From contig NC_042998.1 of assembly GCF_006345805.1 (NCBI RefSeq), positions 27,466,001-27,530,000 on the forward strand: a stretch of DNA of 64,000 nucleotides. Direction: 5' to 3'. This DNA comes from Octopus sinensis. Lineage: Eukaryota. Positions 25,210-38,179 of this stretch are shown piece by piece (the first letter of the stretch is position 1; each line of letters opens with the position of its first letter). The position numbers and the translations under genes are program-made. The notes below the pieces were generated by a model. That model ran no database searches. It saw nothing but the letters and a program-made list of their open reading frames with translations, and was not told the DNA's origin.

Positions 25210-25625
25210 GTGAGTGCCTATCAAAGAGAGAGAAAGAGGCAGGAGATATACTAGAGATATAAAAGAGGGAAATATTAATTTCACACAACTCTGAAACCTG
25301 CATCATTTTTGCTTGCATGAATTAAATAAAAAATGAAGATATCGAATACATAAAATATACGGTTCTTATTGCTTTATGAAATGATAATAAAACAGAAGTT
25401 GAGTCATACATCCATTTCTAAGAGTATTTAAAAGGTTTAAGAAAGAATTCAAGCTGTATATAAAAACTGGAGTTGCATGTACAAGTTAATGGTTATAATT
25501 TGCTTGTTACAAGTTATTGAAGTTATTCACTATGAAGTAATAAATATTGAAATCATTCATCTTTTAATTAGAAATATAAGTACTAATTAGAACAGTGAAA
25601 ATAATTAAGATATCTGTGTCTGTGT

Positions 25626-25671
<46 letters not shown>

Positions 25672-26034
25672 ATAAGTATATGTATAAAAAGACACAGACA
25701 CACATGTATAGACAGACTAATATTTGCATAATAACATGCATGAATGCACACGTGTGTATGAGTGTGTATAACCTTCACAAAGCACATCTTAATACATCTG
25801 AACAAAGGATATATTCACTGACAATGCTTTGGAATTAATTAGTAATTAGTTAAGATTATGACCTACGTCTATGTGAAATAATTAATTAAACAAAGAAGAA
25901 TGAATCATGTATATATATATATATCATGTAAAGAAAATGTGTGCATATATGTTGCCTTGTTATATATATTAATCAAAAGTATGTAGACTTATAGATCAAT
26001 TTCAGCCATCATATATATATATATATATATATAT

Positions 26035-26476
26035 CATCATCATCGTTTAATGTTCACTTTCCATGCTGGCATGCGTAGGACAGTTAGACAAAAGTTGGCC
26101 AGGCAGAAGCCTGCACCAGACTTCTGTGACTGTTTTGGCAGGATTTTTATAACTGGATGCCCTTCCTAACACCAACCACTCAGCTGAGTGGACTTACTGC
26201 TTTTTATGTGGCACAAGCACAAGTGAGGTCAATTTTGGCAAAGCTGGATGCCCTTCCGAATACTAACCACTTTACAGTGTGGACTGGGTGCTTTTAAGTG
26301 GCACCTACACTGACAGGGTCACCAAGTACTTGCAAGACAAAAAACAAAAAAAACTCTTTTGAGAGGGGAGGGGGCATTGGAGGAGATGGTCTTGTGTCGG
26401 ATGATGAAAGGGTATATAGTGAAGCAGAAAGACAGAAACAGGTGTCTTGCTGTTGAGATACAAGGTTAGCCGGCCC

Positions 26477-26558
<82 letters not shown>

Positions 26559-29073
26559 TTAGGAATGAAGACAGAAACCAGAAACAGATGTGTTGCTGCA
26601 AAGGAGATACATGGTTACCTAACCTGAGGGAAGTGCAGAAGGAGAGAGAGAGAGAGAGAGGGGGGAGGGAGATAACAGGGTAGAGATGTTGGCAAAGTAC
26701 CAGGCACACACAATGATACAGTGAGACATGATGTGGGTGGAACACACAGGTCGGAAGCTATTAGAGAGCAATGGTACAGATGCACAGGGCCAAGAGGACA
26801 GGATTGGGGAGTGGGAGGTAAGCCTAGTGCATGAAATAGAAATGTGAAGAGGAGAAGTGATGTAACTTGGTTTGTTGTGATAGAGCATGTGAGAAGTTGT
26901 CTTGTTAAGTGTGGGCGGGGCACGCAGCACTTTTAGAACTCAGTTTCATTGATGTGGGCGGGTCTTCTCAAGAACTTCATATCACCAGACATCTCAGTCC
27001 ATTATCATTTGCTCCTTGTGGCCCAACATCCTGACATCGATCCTTACCACTTCATCCCACATCTTCCTAGGTCTCCCTCTTCTGCAGGTACCATCTACTT
27101 TCAGTGATCGGCACTTCTTTATGTAGCTGTACCCATTCATGGATGTGGGCGGGTCTTCTCAAGAACTTCATATCACCAGACATCTTGGTCCATTATCATT
27201 TGTTCTATGTGGCCCAACATCCTGAGATCGATCCTTACCACTTCATCCCACATCTTCCTAGGTCTCCCTCTTCTGCAGGTGCCATCTACTTTCAGTGATC
27301 GGCACTTCTTTATGCAGCTGTTCTCATTTATATGCATCACATGTCCAAACTAATGTTGTCTTCTCCCAGTGCTGAGGAGCTCCCATGGGCACCCAATCTT
27401 AAACTCATCTTTTACAACCTGGAGAACTATGATCCGTAAGATAGGTCTGGGAACCAAGCCCTGTTGGACTCTTAGCTGCTCACTAAATTCGTTGCTGTGT
27501 GCTTATTGTTGACTTCCACCTAACTGATAGCACCCCTGTACATAGCTTAAATGGATCTCACCAACCCTTCATCTATCCCTATCTTTTGCAGTGACTACCA
27601 TATGAAAGAGTAAAGGACCCTGTCAAAGGCTTTCTCCATGTTTACAAATGCTGGATATAGTGTTTTGTTTTTTCAGGCGAAATGCTTTTCCTGCAGTGGC
27701 CTTGGTAGGAAGAAAGCATCAATAGTGCTTCTCCATGTACAAAACCAAACTCATCTAAACAAATTCTTTTTTTCATTTTAGTGTGATGACTCTTTCAGTA
27801 TCTTTCAGTATCTCATATATACCATCCTCCCATATATACCATCCTCTCATATATACCATCCTCTCATATATGCCATCCTCTCATATATACCATCCTCTCA
27901 TATATACCATCCTCTCATATATACCATCCTCTCATATATGCCATCCTCTCATATATACCATCCTCTCATATATGCCATCCTCTCATATATACCATCCTCT
28001 CATATATACCATCCTCTCATATATGCCATCCTCTCATATATACCATCCTCTCATATATACCATCCTCTCATATATGCCATCCTCTCATATATACCATCCT
28101 CTCATATATACCATCCTCTCATATATGCCATCCTCTCATATATACCATCCTCTCATATATATATACCATCATCTCGTATACACCATCCTCTCATATATAC
28201 CATCCTCTCATATATGCCATCCTCTCATATATGCCATCCTCTCATATATGCCATCCTCTCATATATACCATCCTCTCATATATGCCATCCTCTCATATAT
28301 ACCATCCTCTCAGATATACCATCCTCTCATATATGCCATCCTCTCATATATGCCATCCTCTCATATATACCATCCTCTCATATATACCATCCTCTCATAT
28401 ATGCCATCCTCTCATATATACCATCCTCTCATATATATATACCATCATCTCGTATACACCATCCTCTCATATATACCATCCTCTCATATATGCCATCCTC
28501 TCATATATACCATCCTCTCATATATACCATCCTCTCATATATGCCATCCTCTCAGATATACCATCCTCTCATATATGCCATCCTCTCAGATATACCATTC
28601 TCTCAGATATACCATCCTCTCATATATGCCATCCTCTCATATATGCCATCCTCTCATATATACCATCCTCTCATATATGCCATCCTCTCAGATATACCAT
28701 CCTCTCATATATGCCATCCTCTCAGATATACCATCCTCTCATATATGCCATCCTCTCATATATGCCATCCTCTCATATATGCCATCCTCTCATATATGCC
28801 ATCCTCTCATATATGCCATCCTCTCATATATGCCATCCTCTCATATATACCATCCTCTCATATATGCCATCCTCTCATATATACCATCCTCTCATATATA
28901 CCATCCTCTCATATATGCATCCTCTATATATGCCATCCTCTCATATATACCATCCTCTCATATATACCATCCTCTCATATATGCCATCCTCTCATATATA
29001 CCATCCTCTCAGATATGCCATCCTCTCAGATATACCATCCTCTCAGATATACCATCCTCTCATATATGCCATC

Positions 29074-29119
<46 letters not shown>

Positions 29120-30350
29120 ATCCTCTCAGATTTACCATCATCTCTATATACCATCCTCTCATATATAGTTCCATCTTTCATACACTACCACACAACTCCC
29201 ACACCATACACATGACTGCCCCACCCCACCCCACCTTTCTTATTTTCCTTCCTGAGCTCACTTCTGTCCCTAACCTTACCCTACTCTCCATACTCATACA
29301 TTCTGTCACTTTCATGCCTCTTTCATTTCAGAACCACTATGTGAGAGTGTACTCTCACTCTTCTCTCTGTACACACTTCTCTCCTACATCATGAGTTTCT
29401 CTTATACACTGTCTTGAAATCTGGAATACCTCATGCCTCTGGTCCTCACACATTTCTTCCTTTCTGCTTCTCCCTTAGCTAAATATACCTGTCACCTGGT
29501 TTCTCTTCTAGCTGCCTGGTATAGTTCTCTGCTACTCCTATCTTCCAGTCCTTCCAGGCCTGTTTCTTTACTTTTATGGCTCTGTTTCACTGTTTCACCA
29601 TCATGTCAAGCTTGGTCCGGCTAGAACTTTGCACCAGCCACAGATTTAGTCTGCAGTCCTAGGTTATATATTATTAGTAAAACGGAACGAATTGAATGAT
29701 AACCTGACCTCAGCAGGATTTGAGCCCGGTAAGTTGTAATGAATACCACAAAATTACTCTCTCCAACACTCTAACGAATCCATCACTACGTCTAGTTGAA
29801 GTAATGCCGCTGCTGGATAACTGGAAGTCGGAACTTCCAGTTATCCTCTTTGTTATACATCTCTATCTTCCATTCTTTCTTGTGAGATGATTCACTTAGG
29901 ATGTCTCTAAATCTCTGACTATTCAATGGATCCTTAAGTTTCTTTATCCTCTTTTTCTGAACTGGTTTGCTTCCCCTCGTCCTTCTAACCCCAAATCTAA
30001 AGACACCAACAATTAACCTATGTTGGGGAGAATATTCTTCACCAGGGATGGTCTTTGCTTTTGTGAGAATCAGTCTATCCTGCTTTGTGATAAGTATGTA
30101 GTTAATTTAGCTTGTGTAGCCCCCAGATTAATAGGTAATCAGGTGAATGGCTGGTTTTCTGAACTTAGTATGGCAGATCATTAGGTCATTTGCATCACAA
30201 AATTCCCATGGACTTGTTCTTTACCCATTTTGGGGACCAAATCCATAACCTCCATGCACACCATGAAAGCCACCAAGACGCTGTCCAATATGCCCATTGA
30301 AATCACCAGCCACAAAGATAAAGTCATTGCTATTTGTCATTGAAAAAAGG
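26035..30350 (-). mobile_element. Decayed RTE-clade LINE: endonuclease (about 29830-30345), linker (29370-29640), RT (27330-27750), ORF end (26955-27330), 3'UTR
   Basis: Minus-strand translations FVAGDFNGHIG...GFHGVHGGYGFG, KKQAWKDWK...RELYQAARRE, EKAFDRV, GRPRKMWDEVVR...EKTRP; many stops and frameshifts. Confidence 0.88.
27815..29165. repeat. 17-bp minisatellite, consensus ATATACCATCCTCTCAT with G and AGAT variants
   Basis: Direct reading; the 17-aa periodicity of the three long ORFs equals 3 units. Confidence 0.97.
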
Positions 30351-30537
30351 TAATATTTGGTAATTTGCAAAAGGTCGTAAAATGTTAATCAAGCAATCCT
30401 GTTTGAGGAGCATAGGCAGAAATAGTAGTGGTAGTTTTACTTAGCAAAACTAATCTAAGCATAAGTACCCTATAATACACTCTATCTTGATCACTATATC
30501 CACCCATTTCTGTTAAAAACATGGTCACACTTCCTAC

Positions 30538-30650
30538 CCTGATATACCCTCCAACTTTCATCAGGTATCTTGGGGAAGTTTCGAACCTGGGTTCTCATTC
30601 CTAAGGTATTTTTTGATGTTATTATAATTATTATCATTATTGAGTGAGAG
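30538..30650 (-). repeat. Fragment of a hammerhead-core-bearing repeat (homologous to 34360-34415)
   Basis: Minus strand aaaataccttaggaatgagaacccagg...gatacCTGATGAaagttggagggtatatcag. Confidence 0.65.
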
Positions 30651-31604
30651 AGCAGTGCATGCCATCAAAGTGGCACTGGGGTAAAATATACGAAGCCCAG
30701 TATACCCATCATGACTACCCATCTAATAAGGGTACACCAGGCACATGCATCACAACCATATGTGTGTGACAGGGTGATCTCATATCAAAATAATCAGCAC
30801 GTGACCCTGCAAGTGGGGCCCAGTTAGAATTTTCTTCAGGTTGAGTAACCTATCCTGCTCAAAAGGTCCCTGAATAAGGATTGTTTAAGGATGTTGAATG
30901 AAACACTCATGTTTCTAAAGGTGAATTATTCAAATCCCAAAGAATTCCTCTTCACACATGGCTATGATGCTCCCCCACTACTTCTGCTCATGATCAGAGA
31001 TGCACATATCGTCAGTCACTAAGGGACATGCTCAACTGGTTATGGTCAGACAACTGATAAACAAATCTGTGTTATTGAGCAGAATATTTGCTGTAGCCCA
31101 TCTTTTATACCAAGACAAAACAATGTACATGATAACACTTCCAATCAGTTAAGATCAGAAGCGATTAGAGCCACTGCCTCGTACTATATCAGGGCATTTA
31201 TTCTTATTATTATTCTTATGGCAGAAGCTCACCTCCACCTTACTTCCTGTATGCACCATACATTTATTTTGCTGCTATGCTAGTATTTCAACAATTTTGC
31301 CAGATGTATTTTTCAATGTGACTACGTAGACTGTACCTGGTCTAAGGATGCGGATGGATGGTTAAAAGTGAACATGAAAATGGGGTCAGTATTCAACATC
31401 TGAAAAAGAGAAAGTTTGCAGGGATGTTTGCCAGCTGACATTTGAGTTACACAGTAAGATATTGGATATTGCCAGGCTTAAAAGAAGAGAGTTATGGGGA
31501 CATAAACACACCAACACCGGTTATCAAGTAGTAGTGGAAGACGTATACACACACATACACACGTGTGTGTGAGTGCGTGTGTATATATATATATTTATAT
31601 ACAC

Positions 31605-32130
31605 CTGACTAACTCCCGTGCTGGTGGCACATAAAAGGCACTATTCGAGTGTGGTCAATGCCAGTTCTGCCTGACTGGCCACCGTGTTGTTGGCATGTAA
31701 AAAGCACCCGCTACACTCTTGGACTGGTTGGCAATAGGTAGGGCATCCAGTTGGAGCCTGGTGCAGCCTTTTGGCTTGCTAGTCTTCAGTAACCATCCAA
31801 CCCATGCCAGCATGGAAAGCAGACATTAAACGATGATAATAAATATATATATATATATGTTGTGGAAAATGCCAGTGTCATGCAAACTGGCACCTCTGCC
31901 GGTGGCACATAAATGCACCCTGATGTCATGCAAAAGGCACCCGTGGTGGTGGCCTGTAAAAGCACCCATTACTCTCTTGGAGTGGTTGGCATTAGGGAAG
32001 GCATCCAGCTGTAGAAAACCATGACAAATCAGACTGGAGTTTGGTACAGCTTTCCAGCATGCCAGCCCACTCAAACTGTTCAACCCATGCCAGCATGGAC
32101 AATGGACGTTAAAGGGTGATTATGATGATG
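31605..32130 (+). mobile_element. Two degenerate RTE 3' ends in tandem
   Basis: Family similarity. Confidence 0.75.
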
Positions 32131-32328
32131 ATACACACACACACACATATATGACTGATGTCTTTCAGTTTCCATCTACCAAATCTTCTCACAAGGCTTT
32201 GGAAAGTGTTAGACTACTTGCCCAAGATGCCATGCTGTGGGACTGAGCTCAGAACCATTTGGTTAAGAAAAAGCTTCTACCCACACAGCCATACTAACAA
32301 AGATTTACATACATACAGACAGACAAGC

Positions 32329-32360
<32 letters not shown>

Positions 32361-32970
32361 TTAAAGAAATTGCAGAGTTTGAACACAGCAAAATCAATTT
32401 ATTTACATAACAGTCAATTTCATAATGCCTATGCACGTTTCAATATCTACTTTCATATTTTACAATTAAAAATTGCATTATGAATTTAAAAGGTAAAAAT
32501 CTCATCAGGGCAATAATCGACATATTCATTTACATCCTAATAGATGTAGTGCTCACCACAGACTGAATGGCAGCATGTGAATGTGTGCGTCAGCATGTGT
32601 GTATATGGATTCTATTCAATTACATTCCAGTGTATGGGAGTGTTCCTAACAGACTGTGTATGTATAATATTTATATATATACACATTTATATATACATAT
32701 ATAATATATGGTATAATTATAAACTGCAAATTTTAGTAATTTCTCTGCAGACTGAAGAAAATGATGAACAACCTTAATTGAGTTTTGAACCTTGTTGGGT
32801 TCTCATCAGAGGTGTCCACATCATTCTAACAGTCAGCAGAGAAGCAATCAGCCAAACTGTTTATATACGCAACAAATGCAGCAGTTACTCTATGAAGGAT
32901 TCCCTAATTTCCGCACTATAAATACCAGTGTCCTGAAAATGGGGATCTTACTCCACACAGTATCAAAGTA

Positions 32971-33009
<39 letters not shown>

Positions 33010-33017
<8 letters not shown>

Positions 33018-33400
33018 AAGCTGAAGTTGTCTGTGTATGGCAGGTTTGGTATCCTTCAACTAACACTATCTCCTCTGAGACCCTGCGGCACAAGTTGACC
33101 AAAATTGAGAGTATGAGAGAAGGTGGCTTGCTCTTCCTTCCATAGAAGAAAAAATTCAAATCGGACCATGTTAACACCAAAAATTATTTACATCAATAAG
33201 ATGTTTTTTTTCTATGAAAATCCCTATTTTTTACGATTTTTTTTACTGCTGTGTCGCCATTTTTCGGTGTATTTCAACCAGAAAAATGTTCACTTAAAGA
33301 GAATAACAAGCTACATAATGCAAAATTTTTACTTTTCAAAAATTCCAATTCTAATTCTAAAGGGTCGAAACAAACCTGAGCTACGCCGGGCGATACTGCT

Positions 33401-33402
<2 letters not shown>
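33010..33402 (+). mobile_element. Non-autonomous Helitron
   Basis: 3' GC-rich hairpin-like cctgagctacgccggg followed by CTAG|T (33399-33402); inserted in a TA tract with no TSD; 5' end merges into (TA)n. Confidence 0.65.
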
Positions 33403-33433
<31 letters not shown>

Positions 33434-33559
33434 GTATATGTAACATATGGTATAATTATAAACAGGGAAAATTTTAGCCATTTCTCTGCAGACTGATTTT
33501 TAAACCATATTGGGTTCTCATCAGAGGTGTCTATGTCATTCTGCCAGTCTCCATATATA

Positions 33560-34185
33560 GGATTTCTCAGTGCCTAAAACATCGAGCAAAGAATATAAGT
33601 AGTGATCGTGATGCACACCACGAAGAAATGATCAAGCTAAGTAACAATCTATTAAGCAACAACTAACCCCAAAACAGACTATCCAGTCCAATTATGAAGA
33701 GAAGAGAAGATGAAATCCATAAACTGACTACAGTCTATCTACCCTATGTAAAAAGCACCTTCGAAAAAATACAAAAGATATGCTGCCCATATGACATCAG
33801 GACAGTCTTCAAGAGTAATACAACACTTCGCAAAATATACCTTCGAGTAAAACCACCAATAGAAGAAAACATGACCAAAGACTGCGTGTACTCCGTCCCA
33901 TGGAGCTGTGGTAGATTATACAAAGACAAAACATGCCACTCCATCAAAATAAGGGTAGAGGAACATCACAAAATCAGGTATGGAAAAATGGAGACCACTT
34001 CCCTCTATGGGATGAAGTTAAAACAAAAGATAGAGAACACCATTGGAATATACAAAAACTAAAAGGAGCAGCACATATGCTAGGACATAATAATCTCCGA
34101 ACCAGACCTAGTGCATATATGAGTAGCATATGGGAACTGGTATTAAGGAAGGATAGGAAAATATTAGATTTATAAGCCTTAAAAT
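33560..34185 (+). mobile_element. Penelope-like element fragment: RT C-terminus and GIY-YIG endonuclease, decayed
   Basis: LPYVK...IRTVFKSNTTLR...CVYSVPWSCGRLY...RVEEH and FPLWDEVK...REHHWNIQKLKGAAHM; frameshifts present. Confidence 0.85.
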
Positions 34186-34208
34186 TCACTCCATAATATG
34201 TATACATA

Positions 34209-34250
<42 letters not shown>

Positions 34251-34253
<3 letters not shown>

Positions 34254-34322
34254 GGCGTAGTGGTTAAGAGCGCAGGCTGCTAAACCCAAGATTCTGAATT
34301 CAATTCCAGGCAGTGACCTGAA

Positions 34323-34357
<35 letters not shown>

Positions 34358-34415
34358 AAATCGGAAAAATAACTTAGGAATGAGAAACCAGGACACCTGA
34401 TGAAGGCTGGAGAGT
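34251..34415 (+). mobile_element. tRNA-type head, (TAC)n and truncated hammerhead-core tail
   Basis: Box A tggcgtagtgg (34253-34263), degenerate Box B gaattcaattcc, CTGATGA at 34397-34403. Confidence 0.55.
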
Positions 34416-34831
34416 ACACACGCATAACACCCCCACCAACACAAAAACACACAAAAATACACGTACGCACACATACACACACGTGAACTAACACATATAC
34501 ACACACATGTGCACATACAACACCATAACAAATACCAATCACACACATACATACATACACACAACATCAAGAAAAACATACTTAGACAGACACACACACA
34601 CACTCATGTACACACATATAACATCCCCACCAACACAAAAAAAACACACAAGCATACACACACACACATACACACAAGCGAACAAACACATACGCACACT
34701 TGCACATACACAACACCCTAACAAATGTTAATCACACACATACACCCACACCCAAACGTGCACACATATACACACACCATCCTACCAAATATTAAACACA
34801 GACACATTTACATACACCACAATAAACCTAT

Positions 34832-35060
34832 TTTTTTACTACCCACAAGGGTCTAAACATAGAGAAGACAAACAAGGTCAGACAAACGGATTAAGTCGAT
34901 TATATCGACCCCAGTGTGTAACTGGTACTTATTTAATTGACTCCGAAAGGATGAAAGGCAAAATCGACCTCGCCAGAATTTGAACTCAGAACGTAGTGCA
35001 GACGAAATGCCGCTAAGCATTTCACCCGGTGTGCTAACGTTTCTGCCAGCTCGCCTTGAT
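34832..35060 (-). mobile_element. SINE-B (tail 1)
   Basis: Family similarity. Confidence 0.88.
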
Positions 35061-35369
35061 AAACCTTGGGACCAATCAAAAACGGCCCCCATACAAACAC
35101 ATGTATACACACACTCACACCATTCTGTCCTCTAAGACCAGTCCCCAAAACCACTGAACCATGAAAGACTAGCCATGAAAGACCAACCATGAAAGAGAAA
35201 AAAAAAATCCTTTCAATTCCACATTGCTCTTCCTTCCCCCCACCCAAACCAACCTCACACACTGTCCCTTAAAATAGTAAACAACCTTTAGCTCACAGAA
35301 AATAAAAAAAATGCTAAAGCAGGTCAGTTCATCTCAAATTCTTTGTAAACTCCTAAATGTATCTCCTTC

Positions 35370-35409
<40 letters not shown>

Positions 35410-35479
35410 GACTAAAGGCGGTGCTCCAACATGGCCGCAGTCAAATGACTGAAACAAGTAAAAGAGTAAAGAGTAAAGA

Positions 35480-35529
<50 letters not shown>

Positions 35530-35533
<4 letters not shown>

Positions 35534-36105
35534 TCTAGTTTCAGCTCAGAGCTGCAGCCATGCTGATGCACCGCCGTTTTGTGCTACACTGTTATTGCGA
35601 CGAACCTCGTCTAATATGTGGCACTTGGTGAAGAATGGAGTTTGATACAGCTACTCTCATTTGCACCTCTTGCCGTGAGGTAGGTTCATCTGGGACTCTT
35701 GACAGGAAGATGTCCAGCTTTGATTTCAAAACCACTACATCTACTTTGTGCAAGTTCCTCAGACTCTTTGGAGAGAATATTAAAAAGCTGTGGGCCCTTG
35801 AAACCCAGGCTGTTGCAGAAGCTGGTCCTGAAGCATGATGGCATTGCTGGGATCTTTGGCACTATGCAGTGTCGTCCCGTTCTAGCATTGGTGTAGCTTA
35901 CAATGTCAAAATTTGGCACAATTCCTTCCAGGATCTTCCAGACATATATTACTGCATACCTCTCCCGTCTTCTCTCCAGGGAGTAGAGTCTTAACTGTTT
36001 CAACCTTTCCCAGTAGCTGAGCTGTTTCAAAGAGACGATCTTCTTTGTGAATCTTCTCTGGATTGCTTCAAGGTCTGCTGTTAATTTTACACCAAAATAT
36101 GACCT
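35530..36105 (-). mobile_element. CR1/L2-like LINE 3' fragment (ORF2 C-terminus and 3' tail)
   Basis: LEAIQRRFTKKI...SYWERLKQLRLYSLERRRERY...VWKILEG...FKGPQLFNIL. Confidence 0.88.
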
Positions 36106-36123
36106 TTTTTGAACTTATAATTT

Positions 36124-36166
<43 letters not shown>

Positions 36167-36439
36167 TGCCAAACAAACATGATTTTTAATGAAATCCTAA
36201 TATTTTTAATGAACTTTTTAATATTTTCTCAAGATATTTCCTGGTAAACTGTTTTTAACATTTTTTTATTATTATAAAAGAATGTATATATATGTATTGT
36301 AATATTTTGCACAACCAGTACCTAACACAATAAAACTTTTGCATGTTACTTTTGACAATCTTTTTCTCAAAAAGTGAAACCGGTCAAGTAAATAAACATA
36401 TTTTAAAATTGCATTTTCAAACCTCTTTCATATAATATT

Positions 36440-36492
36440 CCACTCTTGTGGTACCTTACAACTTTCTTTGTATATATATATACACACACACA

Positions 36493-36527
<35 letters not shown>

Positions 36528-37131
36528 AGATATATATGTATATTATATATATTGTATAATATATGATATATATAATAAACATATGTATGTAAGTATATAT
36601 GTATATATATATGTACATACATATATGTGTGTGTGTATATATATATATAAAATGATATAGGGTATATATACATGTATACCTATATGTGGGTGTGTATATA
36701 TATATATAATATATTATATATATATATATATAATATGTATGTATAAATGTGTATATGTATGTATGTATAAATAGATATGTATATGTATGTATAAATGTAT
36801 ATATATATATCTATCTATATATATATGTATATGTGTTTATATATGTCTATATGTATGTATATATATATGTATGTATATATACATATGTATGTACATATAT
36901 ATCAATATATGCATATATATATGTTTATATATATATGTGTATATATATGTGTATATATATATGTGTGTATACATGTGTATATATATGTGGTGTATATAGT
37001 GTGTTATATATATGTGTATATATGTGTGTATATGTATGTATGATTTTATATATATATTGTTATATATGTATGTATATGTATGTATTATAATATATATTAT
37101 GTATGTATGTTATGTATATATATATATTATA

Positions 37132-37177
<46 letters not shown>

Positions 37178-37734
37178 ATGTATGTATGTATATGATGTAG
37201 TATATGTATGTATATATATGTATATCGTATATGTATGTAATGTAATGTATGTATGTATATGTATGTATGTATATATATGTATGTATGTATATATATGTAT
37301 GTATGTATATATATGTATGTATGTATATGTATATATATGTATGTATGTATATATATGTATGTATGTATATATATGTATGTATGTATATGTATATGTATGT
37401 ATGTATATGTATATGTATGTATGTATGTATATGTATGTGTATATGTATATATATGTATGTATGTATATGTATGTGTATATGTATGTATATGTATGTGTAT
37501 ATATATATGTATATATAAGTGTATGTATGTATATATGTGTATGTAAGTATGTATATATATATATATGTGTATGTATGTATGTGTATATGTGTATGTACAT
37601 ATGTGTATATATGTGTATGTATATATATGTGTATGTATGTATGTATGTATGTATGTATGTATTGTATATGTATGTATGTATGTATGTATATATGTATTTA
37701 TGTATTTATGTATGTATATATGTATATATGTATG

Positions 37735-37767
<33 letters not shown>

Positions 37768-37785
37768 GTATATATGTATGTATGT

Positions 37786-37819
<34 letters not shown>

Positions 37820-37914
37820 GTATATATATGTATGTATGTATATATATATGTATGTATGTGTATGTATGTATGTATGTATGTGTATGCATGTATTATATAT
37901 GTTATATATATATA

Positions 37915-37970
<56 letters not shown>
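36440..37970. repeat. About 1.5-kb TA/TATG compound microsatellite
   Basis: Direct reading; source of all M/Y/V/C/I ORFs in this region. Confidence 0.97.
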
Positions 37971-37973
<3 letters not shown>

Positions 37974-38179
37974 AGAAAATGGAGGAACAAATTCATTTCA
38001 ATCATCAACTTACAGATATTATTTATTAACTATATAAATAGGAACATCATTGGGTACTTCACCAGCAGTATATTGGATAACTGATGTCCCATAGTGGGTT
38101 ACCCTCATAACCCCTATTTTACTTTGTACTATATATATATATACATACTATGTCTGTATGTGTGTAAAGCAACGTTGAC

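Noticed and set aside
27815-29165. Telomeric or CRISPR array
   Set aside because: The unit is not TTAGGG-like and there are no spacers
27783-29394. Three overlapping ORFs of 387-461 aa
   Set aside because: They are translations of the stop-free 17-bp minisatellite, open in all three frames with 17-aa periodicity
30650-31200. About 550-bp block between (TAA)-rich tracts that looks like an interspersed repeat
   Set aside because: Single copy in the window and no diagnostic termini, so it cannot be supported from the sequence alone
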